64,000 nucleotides of DNA from Squalus acanthias (lineage: Eukaryota), in assembly GCA_030390025.1 (NCBI GenBank), contig CM059441.1, forward strand, positions 62,496,001 to 62,560,000, read 5' to 3'. A program made the position numbers and the translations under genes. This document shows positions 22,817 to 35,421 of the stretch, piece after piece. How positions within the stretch are numbered: the first letter of the stretch is position 1; every line of letters starts with the position of its first letter. The notes below the pieces were generated by a model that had not been told where the DNA came from, did not search any database, and saw only the letters and a list, made by a program, of their open reading frames with translations.

Positions 22817-25050
22817 ATAAGAAAATAAGAACATTAGAAATAGGAGCAGGAGTCGGCCATTTGGCCCATTCAACAAGATCATGGCTGATCTTCTACCTCA
22901 AGTCCACCTTCCCGCACTAACTCCATATCCCTTAGTTCCCAAAAATGTATCGACCTCTGTCTTGAATATACTCAACGACTGAGCATCCACAGCTCTCTGC
23001 AGCAGAGAATTCCAAAGATTCACAAACCTTTGAGTGAAGAAATTTCTCCTCATCTCAGTCCTAAATGACCGACCCCTTATTCTGAGACTGTGACCCCGTG
23101 TTCTAGATTCCCCAGCCAGGGGAAACATTTTCCCAGCATTAACTCTGTCAAGTCCCTTAAGAATTGTATATGTTTCAATTAGATCACCTCTCATTCTCCT
23201 AAACTCTATGGAATATAGGCCTAGTCTCTCCTCATAGGGCAATCCCCTCAACCCAGGAACCAGTCTAGTGAACCTTCGTTGCACTTCCTCTAAGGGAAGT
23301 ATATCTTTCCTTAGGTAAGGAGACCAGAACTGTACAAAGTACTCCAGGCGTGGCCTCACCAATGCCCTGTATAATTGTAGTAAGACTTCTTTACTCTTAT
23401 ACTCTAATCCCTTTGTAACAGAAGCTATCATACCATTCGCTTTCTTAATTGCTTGCTGTACCTATATGTTAACTTTCTGTGATTCATGTACAAGGACACC
23501 CAGGTCCCTCTGAATGCAAACATTTCCCAGTCTCTCATCATTCAAAAAATATTCTGCTTTTTTGTTTTTCCTACCAAAGTGGATAACTTCACACTTCCCC
23601 ACATTATATTCCATTTGCCATGTTCTTGCCCACTCGGTCAACCTGTCTATATCTCTCTGCAGCTTCTTTGCATCCTTCTCACAGATTACTTTCTCACCTA
23701 ACTTTGTATCATCAGCCAACCTGGATATGTGGGGATATCCCTTCATCTAAGTCATTAATATAGATTGTAAATAGCTGAGGCCTAAGCACTGATCCTTGCT
23801 GTACAGCCTGCCAAGCCGAAAAAGTCCCGTTTATTCATACTCTTTGTTTTCTGTCCATTAACCAATCCTCAATCCATTCTAATATATTACCCCCAATCCC
23901 AAGATTCCTAATTTTGTGTAATAACCTCTTGTGTGGCACCTTATCGAATGCTTTTTGAAAATCCAAATACATGACATCCCCTGGTTCCCCCTTATCTATC
24001 CTAATCGTTACATCTTCAAAAAACTCTTAACAGATTTGTCAAACACGATTTCCCTTTCATAAAACCATGTTGACTCTGCCTAATCATATTCCGATTTTCT
24101 AAGTGCCATATTACCACGTCCCTAAAAATAGATTCTACCATTTTGCCTGCTACTGATGTCAGGCTAATTGGCCTGTAGTTTCCCATTTTTTCTCTTCCTC
24201 CTTTCTTAAATAGCGGGGTTATGTTTGCTACCTTCCAATCCTTGGAGACTGTTCTAGAATCTAGGGAATTCTGGAAGATTAATACCAATGCATCCATTAT
24301 CTCTGCAGCTACCTCTTTTAAAACCCAAGGATGCAGGTCGTCATATCCAGGGGATATGTCGCCACTTAGTCCCATTACTTATACTGATTTCTTTAAGTTC
24401 CTCATTCTCTCTAGACCCTTGGTTCCTCATTCTCTCAAGACCCTTGGTTCCCCATTATTTCCAGAATGTTTGTTGTGTCTTCTACCGTGAAGACAGATAT
24501 AAAGTATTTGTTTAATATCTCTGCCATTTCCTTATTGCCCATTATAATTTCTCCTGTCTCTGCCTCTAATGGGCCCACATTTACTTTCACTAATCTCTTC
24601 TTATTTACATACCTATAGAAATGTTTACAATCTGTTTTTAAATCTGCTAATTTACTCTCATATTCTTTTTTCTCTTTCCTTATCAATTTCTTGGTCCTCC
24701 TTTGCTGAATTCTAAAATCCTCCCAATCCTCAGGCTTACTACTCTTTTTGGCAACATTGTAAGCCTCTTCCTTTAATCTAATACTATCTTTAACTTCTCT
24801 TGTTTGCCACGGTTGGACCACTGTTCCTGCAGGGTTTTTGTGCCTTACAGGAAGGTATTTTTAATGTCAATTATGTATTAATTCTTTAAATGCTAGCCAT
24901 TGCTTGTCTACCATCATACATTTTAATGTAGTTTCCCATTCTACCTTAGCCAACTCGCCCCTCATACCTACGTAGTTTGCATTGTTTAAATTTAAGACCC
25001 TAGTTTCGTGGTCTTAAATCACTTTCAAACTCAATATAGAATTCTATCAT
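22817..25050 (-). mobile_element. CR1 LINE, ~2.2 kb, degenerate
   Basis: Fragmented ORFs 24435-24821, 24016-24375, 23462-23746 and 22898-23431 cover CR1 ORF2/RT; 3' UTR at ~22817-22895. Confidence 0.93.
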
Positions 25051-25053
25051 CTC

Positions 25054-25540
25054 ACCAGGGAGACTAGAAGAAGAGATCAAACAAGATATCAAGAAATTTA
25101 AGATAGAAAGGGTGGCGAGCTAATTGATAAAATAGTCAGAGAATAAAACACCATGTCCAGATGGATTGCATCCGCAAATACTAAAATAAGCTAGGGAAGA
25201 GATAGCAGAGGCACTGTAATATACATGAAAAAATTGATTAGAAAAGGGAATAGTTCCAGAGGACTGGCGGACAGCTAATGTTATTCCCATATTTAAAAAG
25301 GGAACTCGAACAAGTCCATGGAACTATAGACCAGTTAGCTTAATGTCGGGCGTAGGAAAGATAATGGAACCTTTATTCAAAGATATAATAGAAATACACA
25401 TAGGAATCAAAAATATATTAAAGAACAGTCAGCACGGATTTCAAAAGGGAAGGTCTTGCTTGACCAACCTTATTGAATTCGTTGAAGCAGTAACAGAAGG
25501 AGTAGATAAGGTAGTGTAGTAGATGTAATATACTTAGATC
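25054..25540 (+). mobile_element. Old CR1 RT fragment (mirror copy ~49930-50010 and 51079-51410)
   Basis: NYRPVSL, QHGFQKGRSCLTNLIEF. Confidence 0.8.
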
Positions 25541-25711
25541 TACTTGTCCATCGCAAGTTGTCGGTGGTGGAGCCTCTTCTGAAACAGCAGTCCATGTGCT
25601 GAAGGTGCTCCCACAAAGGTGAAGTTGCGCCCACAATGCTTTTAGGTAGTGAATTCCAGGATATTGACGTAGTGACGATAAAGGAATGGTGATATATGCC
25701 CAAGGCAGGAC

Positions 25712-25858
25712 CAATGTTCCCTCTAATTTTTTATTTGGTGCATGGCCCCTTTAACTGGCTGCGTGGCCCATTCAAATTACGCACATGCGCAGTTTCTTCC
25801 ATTGAACAGCCGGTGAGTTGCCTGTGCAGGACTTCCAGAATGCTTAGCGGGAACGTTG
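25712..25858. mobile_element. hAT-type MITE (147 bp)
   Basis: TIRs CAATGTTCCCTCTAA / TTAGCGGGAACGTTG and a perfect 8-bp TSD GGCAGGAC. Mirror copy at 49619-49766. Confidence 0.85.
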
Positions 25859-26089
25859 GGCAGGACAGTATGTGACCTGGGCATCCCATCACATTGCTGC
25901 TCTTGTCCGTCTGGGTGGTGGAGGTCGCAGGGCAGGGAAGTGCTGTCACAGTAACCTTGGTGAGTTCCTTGTGTGTCCTGTAGATGGTACACACTGCAGC
26001 CACTGTGCGCAAGTGATGCAGGGGGTGGATATCGAGTCTAGTTGAGTGAAAAGCCATCCAGTGCTAAATATTGACATTTTTCTCCTCAG

Positions 26090-26458
26090 CTGTATTGTCG
26101 CAAGAGTGGAAAGGCGACATTCCACGAAATGTGACAGCACAGAAAGGTTTGTGTGTGCAGATTCCATGTCATTACAGTTATCCATCGCGTCTGGCAAACC
26201 AGCCGCGAGATGGAGTCTGGTTTAATACCGAGGAACAGAAAACATGGGCTCCCCTAGCCTTTCACTCCAAGGATCACAATCATGAGTCGCCACGGTTACG
26301 CCATCGGACCCGGCTGTCTGGAGACCTGAAAGATGGCGACTGTTCACTGATTATAAACGATATCACACCGGAAGATGCAGGTCCTTATTTTTTCAGAATA
26401 GAATTTGACAACAGCGAGAATCATAACTACTACCCTGCAACACGGCTTCATGTTTCTG
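26090..26458 (+). CDS. Gene A Siglec V-set domain exon
   Basis: 369 nt, phase 1/1. QEW..GLCVQIPC..GVWF..RTRLSGDLKDGDCSLII..DAGPYFFRIE..YY: Siglec cysteine pattern and the essential F-strand Arg (cf. CD33 YFFRME). Confidence 0.93.
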
Positions 26459-27174
26459 GTAAGTGCTATGTTATAAAAACTCAGCAATTCACGTTCAACG
26501 GTCAATAGGAAATAACATGAACTGTGGCGCTTACATATTAACACAAAACACAGCTTATTATAATGCAGCATCTGATTATCATTAACCTGGCAACACCTTC
26601 CAGTTCAGTCCTAAAGCAACCTCTAATACTCACTTTATTATCATTGTTGAAATTTATTGACCGTGTCCATCAATGTTATCAGCTTATCGACTCCCATTTA
26701 TCTCTCTAATCGTGTTTAAAAGTCTCATATTTAGTCAAAATTAAGAACTTGCATTTCTATAGCACCTTTCACGACCTCAGGATGTCCCAAAGTGCTTTAC
26801 AGCCAATGAAGTACATTTGAAGTGTAGTCACTCTTGTAATGTAGGAATCGCAGCAGCCAATTTGCACACAGCAAGCGCCCACAAACATCAGTGAGATAAA
26901 TGACCAGATCATCTGTTTTAGGTGTTGGGTGAGGGATAAATGCAACTGGTTTCTGTCCTGCCGTGGACAGGATTTAATTTAATGTTGGCAGAGATCTCTG
27001 AGAGTGACGAGCCAGTGCTCCCCGATCTATGACCTGTTGCTCCACCTCCCACCCAGTATTGTCAATTCAAGTGTCTCGGAGAAAAAATGCATTAAGCGCA
27101 GTGAAATACACTCGACCAACCCTGAAAATAGAAAAGTACTTTCGCTTACATAGACTTACACAGAGTTACATAGA

Positions 27175-27635
27175 GTCTAGAGCACAGAAGTAGGCCATTC
27201 GGCCCAACTGGTCTATGTCGGTGTTTATGCTCCACATGTGCCTCCCCCCACCCTACTTCACATAACCCTATCAACATATCCTTCTATTCCTTTCTCCCTC
27301 ATGTGTTTACCTAGCTTCCCCTTAAATGTATCTATGCTATTCGCCTCAACCACTCCATCTTGTAGCAAGTTCCACAATCTCTGAGTACAGAGGTTGCTCC
27401 TGAATTCCCTATTGGATTTATTAGTGACTGTCTTATATTGATGACCCTAGTTTTGGACTCCCCCCACAAGTGGAAACATTTTCTCTACGTCTACCCTAAC
27501 GAACCCCTTCATAATTTTAAAGACCTCTATCAGGTCACCCCTCAGCCTTCCCTTTACCAGAGAAAAGAGCCCCAGCCTGTTCCATCTATCCTGATCGTTG
27601 TAACCTCTCAGTTCTGGTATTATCCTTGTAAACAT
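27175..27635 (-). mobile_element. CR1 3' fragment shared by the V-C2 introns of A, B (47816-48280) and C (~60204-60640)
   Basis: RLRGDLIEVFKIMKGF; same position in all three paralogues. Confidence 0.85.
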
Positions 27636-27720
27636 ACTTTCTCTTACGGGACTGTGATTTCTATTTGAACTGATGCTTCACATTACACATCTCTAAAAGA
27701 ATCCATTCTCTGTGTGTTAG

Positions 27721-28014
27721 GTTTCACAGATACAACCACGATATTCCCTGCTGAAATTATTGCAGGAAAGCGTGTGGACATAAGCTGCACCTTCAACACC
27801 ATGTGCAATGGAACAGCACCTGTCTTAACCTGGGTCAAAGCTGCTGACATACCCGGGTCAGTCTCAAACAGTGTAACTCAGCATGGCATCACTCTGACAT
27901 ATACTACAGTTCTGACCCTGATCCCATCACTAAATCACCACGGGCAAACTCTCACCTGCAGAGTCAGTTATCCATCTGTTTCATCTGAGCGGACCCTCGC
28001 ACTAACTGTGCAAT
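27721..28014 (+). CDS. Gene A first C2-set exon
   Basis: 294 nt, phase 1/1. ISCTFNTMC..PVLTW..VLTLIPS..HGQTLTCRV, with the extra Cys typical of the Siglec inter-domain disulfide. Confidence 0.92.
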
Positions 28015-28279
28015 GTAAGTATGGACATTCTTTATTCTACATTACCCGTAATAGTCTACATTGCGAACTGCAAGATCCCACAAACAGCAATGTGCTGATG
28101 ACCAGATCATCTGTTTTGTTACTGATAAATATTGGCCAGGACACCGGAGAGAACACTTCTTTGAATAGTGTCATGCGATCTTTTATGTCCACCTGAGAGG
28201 ACAGAGGGGCCTCAGATTAACATCCTATGCGAAAGACGGCACCTCTGACAGTGCAGCACTCCCTCAGTACTGCAGTAAA

Positions 28280-30963
28280 GGCTGCGATTTTGCGATTGGA
28301 GGCGGGATGGTGACAGGTCCGCTGTACGGCTCCCGGTTCCCGCCGCCCTGCAGTTAAATTTTCCGTTGATTTGCTTCGTTAAGGCTGACGTGCGGGTTCT
28401 CCAAGGCAATTGCTGGGTGTGGGTCAGTTGCTCGCGTCTGATGAAGCGATGTTGGACTGATTATTTAAAGGGGCCATGTCCCCTCTGCAGATTCATTTCC
28501 GTTTTGTTCCGAGGACTCTTGTGGAGGGAGTAAGTGGATGTAAGGAGACAGAAGGAGGAGGCCTCCTCAGCATAGCAAGGCAGCTTGGCTGCAAATTGCT
28601 GAGGAGGTCAGTTCGAGGGCGGTCTGCACACGCACCTGGGTGCAGTGTCGCAAGAGGTTTAATGATCTGTTGCGATCAGCAAAAGTGAGTATAACATCAC
28701 ACTTACCTTCAGTCTGCCTCCCATCTCTTCTCATCCCCATCACTCTGCATTGGCAACCTTCCCCTGCACATTCCAAATCACTCTAACATCCCTTGCACCC
28801 TCACCCATCCCTCTCTTTCTCTATACAGAATCACGTCACCATCTTAATATTCATCACTCACACTCATATGCAATGGCAACGACTAACAACGCACAGGGAG
28901 GGAACTTGGTTTGTGCACCTCACTCCTTCATAAGTCTCCCTCTAAACATCTATGTCATCCATTCTTTACACTCACTCCATCAATCTCTCTCAAACTCCAC
29001 TTGTGTCCCTCATTACAGAAGAGAGCCCACGATAAAAGGGAGAGGGGGAGGACAGGAGGACTCCCACCATCCATGGCGCCCCTAACGAGCGCTGAGGAGG
29101 CAGCCCTGGAGATCGTCGGAGGTGCAGAGGAGCTGGAAGTGGGGGACGGAGAGATGGGCATAGAACAACAAGCTGGTGACAGAATTGATTTCCAACTCTC
29201 TGATTTACCATTCATGAGTGACTAATATGGGAGATGATGTTCATAGAGATTGAGTGCTAAGCATCTGCACAATGGGATGTATCTGCAACATACATTTCAC
29301 TTGTCTAACTCATGCCTTTACTCCCCCACAGGACCATTGAGTGCCCCGCTCCCCACTGTCCAGGAGGAAGAGCAGGAGCACTCCTCAGAGGAACCACCAG
29401 TCTCTGAGGGAGCAGTGTCACCAGCATTCAGCGCACCCAGCACCAGCACAGAGACGCACACCTCTGGGTTTTTTGCGAGATAGAGTAGTGTTGTCACCTA
29501 GTGTATCACAGCTCCCAAGTGAGCAGGAACAGATGTTGGAGACAGGTACAGCAGTGCAGGATCCTCGGCGGAGGACACAGGGCTCTCCCAGCTCTGCTCA
29601 GCTGCATATAAATGCTAAGCCTCTGGGGCCATCCAGAAAGAGAGCAGTGCTGGAGCTTCAGGAACAAGTGCAGGAGGTTCTGAGTGGGTTTGCTTCCACG
29701 GTAACTGCGAGTGTGCAGAGAATGGAGGAATCCATCTTAAAGATTAGCAATGCCATGGTGAACGGTATTGGCAATCTAGGTGCTGCCATGGAAAGCATGG
29801 CAACCTCCATGGAGGACCTAACTCGGCAGACACAAGCCAACATGGTGGCTCTTCTAGATAGATGGGCAGCTATGGAGGATAGAAGGCCATCTATCGTGGA
29901 GAGGAACCAGAGGTACATGGACGTCCCGGTGAGGACTGTCAGTACAGAGACGGGTCCACATGGCCCCACCGATGGTGCTCTCCAGCAACTTGCTGGCAGT
30001 GAAGTGTGGGTGACCCATGAGAGGGACGGCGGTGTTTGAGCACCAGGAAGTGGGGGCTCCACTCCAAGCGCTCACACTCCCTTGCCACTGCCGAGCCCTC
30101 AGTCAGAGCCCCATCTGCCTGAGCCAAGAGAGATGGCTGAGTCTGCCCCTGCAAAGCCGCAGGAGGAGCAGACTTTGGCGGGGCTCTCCAAGGCTCCCAA
30201 ATCCAGAGGACAGCCGCCAAAAGCGTCTAAGCAGGAGCAGCAGGGAAGTGAGTCGGCTGCATTCACATACGCTGAAGCCACAGGGGTCTCACAACGCAGA
30301 AGCACGTGTAAGAGCAAGATGTCACGTTAATAATCACAAGGGTTCTCACTGGGGTGTTATGATAGATTTATTTGTAAAGTTTCTGTTCTTTGCCAATATT
30401 GTGATAAATTGATGTAGAACGAAGGTTTGGCATCGTTGTCATGTGTGCTGACAATTTGAGGTGGCACAGTTTAGGGTAAGTGCGCCTTTAAAATCCAGCA
30501 ATGCAGGTTACAGTGGCTCTGTAGTGCACAACACATACTTGCAGCCGAAACACAGAATATGCCCCCCAAATTATTCAATCAGCAACCTCACAAATTTCTA
30601 AATGACTAGATTTGAATGTGCAGCTTTTACACTGCAGTTGCAGCTGTGAAGTCTCCAGCTCACTGGTGTTCAGGTCTCTTACCTGGTGTGTTGTCGGAAC
30701 ATCGTGAAACTTGACCCAGAAGCTGGAAAATCCAAAAACCCTGTGAAAATAGCTCTAAACTACCACTTAATAGGCAGTTAAGTGCCTTTAATCCCTTTCC
30801 CGCCGCTTGGTGTCGGGTCCGTTTGCAAATCGGAGACCCGACATTCGGGAAAGTTGCGTGGAGGCGGGATCACGGCGGGTTCGGAACCCGCCATCAATCA
30901 TTGTGAATTTAACCTCTGACCTGCATTCAATCCCGCCCTCTGAGCACCGGTAAAATTCCGGCC
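28280..30963 (+). mobile_element. Non-autonomous Harbinger-like transposon (2.7 kb) carrying a Myb/SANT-like gene
   Basis: Imperfect TIRs GGCTGCGATTTT / AAAATTCCGGCC, 3-bp TSD AAA, inserted in a SINE. Spliced AAWLQIAEEVSSRAVCTRTWVQCRKRFNDLLRSAK|KRAHDKRERGRTGG..LTSAEEAALEI (exons ending 28684, 29019-29175, 29332-~30330 with frameshifts). No transposase. Confidence 0.85.
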
Positions 30964-31092
30964 AAAGTGTCTGCCTGGATTACGTGCTCTGTGATGAAGG
31001 AACTTGCATGGATATAACACTTTTCACGTTCTCAGGGTCTCTCAAAGTGCTTCACTGACAATGTAAGTTAACTGATCTTTATTTGTTTTTAG

Positions 31093-31374
31093 ATGCACCA
31101 CAGAATCTCTCCATTACTTCTCTTGCTACGATTAACAATTCATCGATCAATATAAATGAAGGGAATTCTACAGTGATACTCTGCTCTGTCGCGAGCTTCC
31201 CAGCCTCGAACCTGACGTGGCGACATCTTGGTGTCACAATGAACAGAACAAGTTCCAAAAACGAGCTGTTGTTGGAGTTTGCTCATGTTACACCCAGGGT
31301 CACTGGAGACTATCAGTGTGTGGCGGAGAATGAACATGGAGCAGTGAAGAGGACCATAACCATCACTGTGGAAC
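31093..31374 (+). CDS. Gene A second C2-set exon, copy 1
   Basis: 282 nt, phase 1/1; YAPQNLSI..EGNSTVILCSVASFPASNLTW..GDYQCVAENEHG. Confidence 0.9.
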
Positions 31375-31761
31375 GTGAGTGTGCAGATACTTCCACATCT
31401 CTCCAAATACGAACAAATTAATATCTATGGGTTACTGTGGAATTTACAAAGTGTCTCTGGCCGGAACTATGTTAGTAACAGTAAGGGATCGTTCTGTGTG
31501 ACTGAGGAGTCACCAGACTAATACACAGACTCACACTGACAGACACACACACACATACAAAGATGCACAGACACAGACACAGACACACACACACAGATAC
31601 ATATATAAATGATACTTATATGGATATTACATGTATAGATCTTACATATATAGGTATCCCTGGGATCATATAGGTATCACTTCTCAAGTTCAGAATAAGT
31701 AGAAGTACATCGGAGCACTGTTCTGTAACTGTACTGCAGTAATTAATGGCTGTTTTTGCAG

Positions 31762-31864
31762 GTAGAGATTCCAATGAGTGGAAAGTAGGATTGATTGCAG
31801 CTGGAATCATTTTGAGTGTTGCACTGGCTGGATTCTTAATCTTAATCTTCAAGTGTGCAAGAAA
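31762..31864 (+). CDS. Gene A transmembrane exon, copy 1
   Basis: Acceptor tgtttttgcag|, RRDSNEWKVGLIAAGIILSVALAGFLILIFKCARK, phase-2 donor AA|GTAGGT (read-through gives TAG). Not in the ORF track. Confidence 0.85.
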
Positions 31865-32146
31865 GTAGGTGGAAAGGTTTAACATTTTTTTTCAACATCC
31901 TTACTTCTCTCCTTAGGAAAAGAACCTACATTTATAAAGCACCTTTCATGACCTCAGGATGTCATAAAACACTTTACAGCCAATGAAATAACTTTGAATG
32001 TAGTTACTGTTGTAAACTAGCGAAATGCGGCAGCCAATTTGCGCACAGCAATCTCCCACGAATAGCAATGAGATAAATGATCAGATAATCTGCTTTTGCT
32101 GTTGATTGAGGGATAATTATTGGCCCCAGGACACCAGGGGGAACTT

Positions 32147-34518
32147 GCAGCTTGGCTGCAAATTGCTGAGGAGGTCAGTTCGAGGGCGGTCTGCACACGC
32201 ACCTGGGTGCAGTGTCGCAAAAGGTTTAATGATCTGTTGCGATCAGCAAAAGTGAGTATAACATCACACTTACCTTCAGTCTGCCTCCCATCTCTTCTCA
32301 TCCCCATCACTCTGCATTGGCAACCTTCCCCTGCACATTCCAAATCACTCTAACATGCCTTGCACCCTCACCCATCCCTCTCTTTCTCTATACAGAATCA
32401 CGTCACCATCTTACTATGCACCACTCACACTCATATGCAATGGCAACGACTAATAACGCACAGGGAGGGAACTTGGTTTGTGCACCTCACTCCTTCATAA
32501 GTCTCCCTCTAAACATCTATGTCATCCATTCTTTACACTCAATCCATCAATCTCTCTCAAACTCCACTTGTGTCCCTCATTACAGAAGAGAGCCCATGAT
32601 AAAAGGGAGAGGGGGAGGACAGGAGGAGTCCCACCATCCCTGGCGCCCCTAACGAGCGCTGAGGAGGCAGCCCTGGAGATCATCAGAGATGCAGAGGAGC
32701 TGGAAGTGGGGGACGGAGAGACGGGCATAGAACAACAAGCTGGTGACAGAATTGATTTCCAACTCTCTGATTTACCATTCATGAGTGACTAATATGGGAG
32801 ATGATGTTCATAGAGATTGAGTGCTAAGCATCTGCAACATACATTTCACTTGTCTAACTCATGCCTTTACTCCCACACAGGACCATTGAGTGCCCCGCTC
32901 CCCACTGTCCAGGAGGAAGAGCAGGAGCACTCCTCAGAGGAACCACCAGTCTCTCAGGGAGCAGTGTCACCAGCATTCAGCGCACCCAGCACCAGCGCAG
33001 AGACTCACACCTCAGTGGGTTTTTTGCGAGATAGAGTAGTGTTGTCACCTAGTGTATCACAGCTCCCAAGTGAGCAGGAACAGATGTTGGAGACAGGTAC
33101 AGCAGTGCAGGATCCTCGGCGGAGGACACAGGGTTCTCCCAGCTCTGCTCAGCTGCATGTAAATGCTAAGCCTCTAGGGCCATCCAGAAAGAGAGCAGTG
33201 CTGGAGCTTCAGGAACAAGTGCAGGAGGTTCTGAGTGGGTTTGCTTCCACGGTAACTGCGAGTGTGCAGAGAATGGAGGAATCCATCTTAAACATCAGTA
33301 ATGCCATGGTGAACGCTATGGGCAATCTAGGTGCTGCCATGGAAAGCATGGCAACCTCCATGGAGGACCTAACTCGGCAGACACAAGCCAACATGGTGGC
33401 TCTTCTAGATAGATGGGCAGCTATGGAGGATAGAAGGCCATCTATCGTGGAGAGGAACCAGAGGTACATGGACGTCCCGGTTATGAGGACTGTAAGTACA
33501 GAGACGGGTCCACATGGCCCCCACCGATGGTGCTCTCCAGCAACTTGCTGGCAGTGAAGTGTGGGTGACCCATGAGAGGGACGGCGGTGTTTGAGCACCA
33601 GGAAGTGGGCGCTCCACTCCAAGCGCTCACACTCCCTTGCCACTGCCGAGCCCTCAGTCAGAGCCCCATCTGCCTGAGCCAAGAGAGATGGCCGAGTCTG
33701 CCCCTGCAAAGCCGCAGGAGGAGCAGACTTTGGCGGGGCTCTCCAAGGCTCCCAAATCCAGAGGACAGCCGCCAAAAGCGTCTAAGCAGGAGCAGCAGGG
33801 AAGTGAGTCGGCTGCATTCACATATGCTGAAGCCACAGGGGTCTCACAACGCAGAAGCACGTGTAAGAGCAAGATGTCACGTTAATAATCACAAGGGTTC
33901 TCACTGGGGTGTTATGATAGATTTATTTGTAAAGTTTCTGTTCTTTGCCAATATTGTGATAAATTGATGTAGAACGAAGGTTTGGCATCGTTGTCATGTG
34001 TGCTGACAATTTGAGGTGGCACAGTTTAGGGTAAGTGTGCCTTTAAAATCCAGCAATGCAGGTTACAGTGGCTCTGTAGTGCACAACACATACTTGCAGC
34101 CGAAACACAGAATATGCCCCCCAAATTATTCAATCAGCAACCTCACAAATTTCTAAATGACTAGATTTGAATGTGCAGCTTTTACACTGCAGTTGCAGCT
34201 GTGAAGTCTCCAGCTCACTGGTGTTCAGGTCTCTTACCTGGTGTGTTGTCGGAACATCGTGAAACTTGACCCAGAAGCTGGAAAATCCAAAAACCCTGTG
34301 AAAATAGCTCTAAACTACCACTTAATAGGCAGTTAAGTGCCTTTAATCCCTTTCCCGCCGCTTGGTGTCGGGTCCGTTTGCAAATCGGAGACCCGACATT
34401 CGGGAAAGTTGCGTGGAGGCGGGATCACGGCGGGTTCGGAACCCGCCATCAATCATCGTGAATTTAACCTCTGACCTGCATTCAAGCCCGCCCTCTGAGC
34501 ACCGGCAAAATTCCGGCC
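32147..34518 (+). mobile_element. Harbinger-like Myb element, copy 2 (5'-truncated by the tandem duplication)
   Basis: Near-identical to 28580-30963. Confidence 0.85.
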
Positions 34519-34645
34519 AAAGTGTCTGCCTGGATTACGTGCTTTGTGATGAAGGAACTTGCATGGATATAACACTTCACGTTCTCAGGGTCTCTCAAAG
34601 TGCTTCACTGACAATGTAAGTTAACTGATCTTTATTTGTTTTTAG

Positions 34646-34927
34646 ATGCACCACAGAATCTCTCCATTACTTCTCTTGCTACGATTAACAATTCATCGAT
34701 CAATATAAATGAAGGGAATTCTACAGTGATACTCTGCTCTGTCGCGAGCTTCCCAGCCTCAAACCTGACGTGGCGACATCTTGGTGTCACAATGAACAGA
34801 ACAAGTTCCAACAACGAGCTGTGGTTGGAGTTTGCTCATGTTACACCCAGGGTCACTGGAGACTATCAGTGTGTGGCGGAGAATGAACATGGAGCAGTGG
34901 AGAGGACCATAACCATCACTGTGGAAC
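34646..34927 (+). CDS. Gene A second C2-set exon, copy 2
   Basis: 282 nt, intact; differs from copy 1 at three residues (K/N, L/W, K/E). Confidence 0.88.
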
Positions 34928-35318
34928 GTGAGTGTGCAGATACTTCCACATCTCTCCAAATACGAACAAATTAATATCTATGGGTTACTGTGGAATTTAC
35001 AAAGTGTCTCTGGCCGGAACCATGTTAGTAACAGTAAGGGGCCGTTCTGAGTGACTGAGGAGTCACCAGACTAATACACAGACTCACACTGACAGACACA
35101 CACACATACACAGATGCACAGACACACACACACACACACACACTGACACACAGATACATACATAAATGATACTTATATGGATATTACATGTATAGATCTT
35201 ACATATATAGGTATCCCTGGGATCATATAGGTATCACTTCTCAAGTTCAGAATAAGTAGATGTACATCGGAGCACTGTTCTGTAACTGTACTGCAGTAAT
35301 TAATGGCTGTTTTTGCAG

Positions 35319-35421
35319 GTAGAGATTCCAATGAGTGGAAAGTGGGATTGATTGCAGCTGGAATCATTTTGAGTGTTGCACTGGCTGGATTCTTAATCTT
35401 AATCTTCAAGTGTGCAAGAAA
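35319..35421 (+). CDS. Gene A transmembrane exon, copy 2
   Basis: 103 nt, same peptide and splice sites as 31762-31864. Confidence 0.85.

Noticed and set aside
26090-26458. Rearranging Ig/TCR/IgNAR V segment
   Set aside because: Lacks the B-F strand YYC cysteine, encodes its own G strand, ends in a splice donor and has no RSS; the pattern is Siglec.
29341-30412. Novel coiled-coil host gene from the 232-246 aa ORFs
   Set aside because: Lies within transposon TIRs and is frameshifted differently in each copy.
31865-31990. Short-intron acceptor (ctccttag|GAAAAGAACC) as the cytoplasmic exon
   Set aside because: The intron would be only ~52 nt and the downstream sequence is an antisense SINE tail.
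21975-35421. Assigning a gene symbol (CD33, MAG, CD22, SIGLEC15)
   Set aside because: Orthology cannot be established without phylogeny; domain count and TM fit none exactly.
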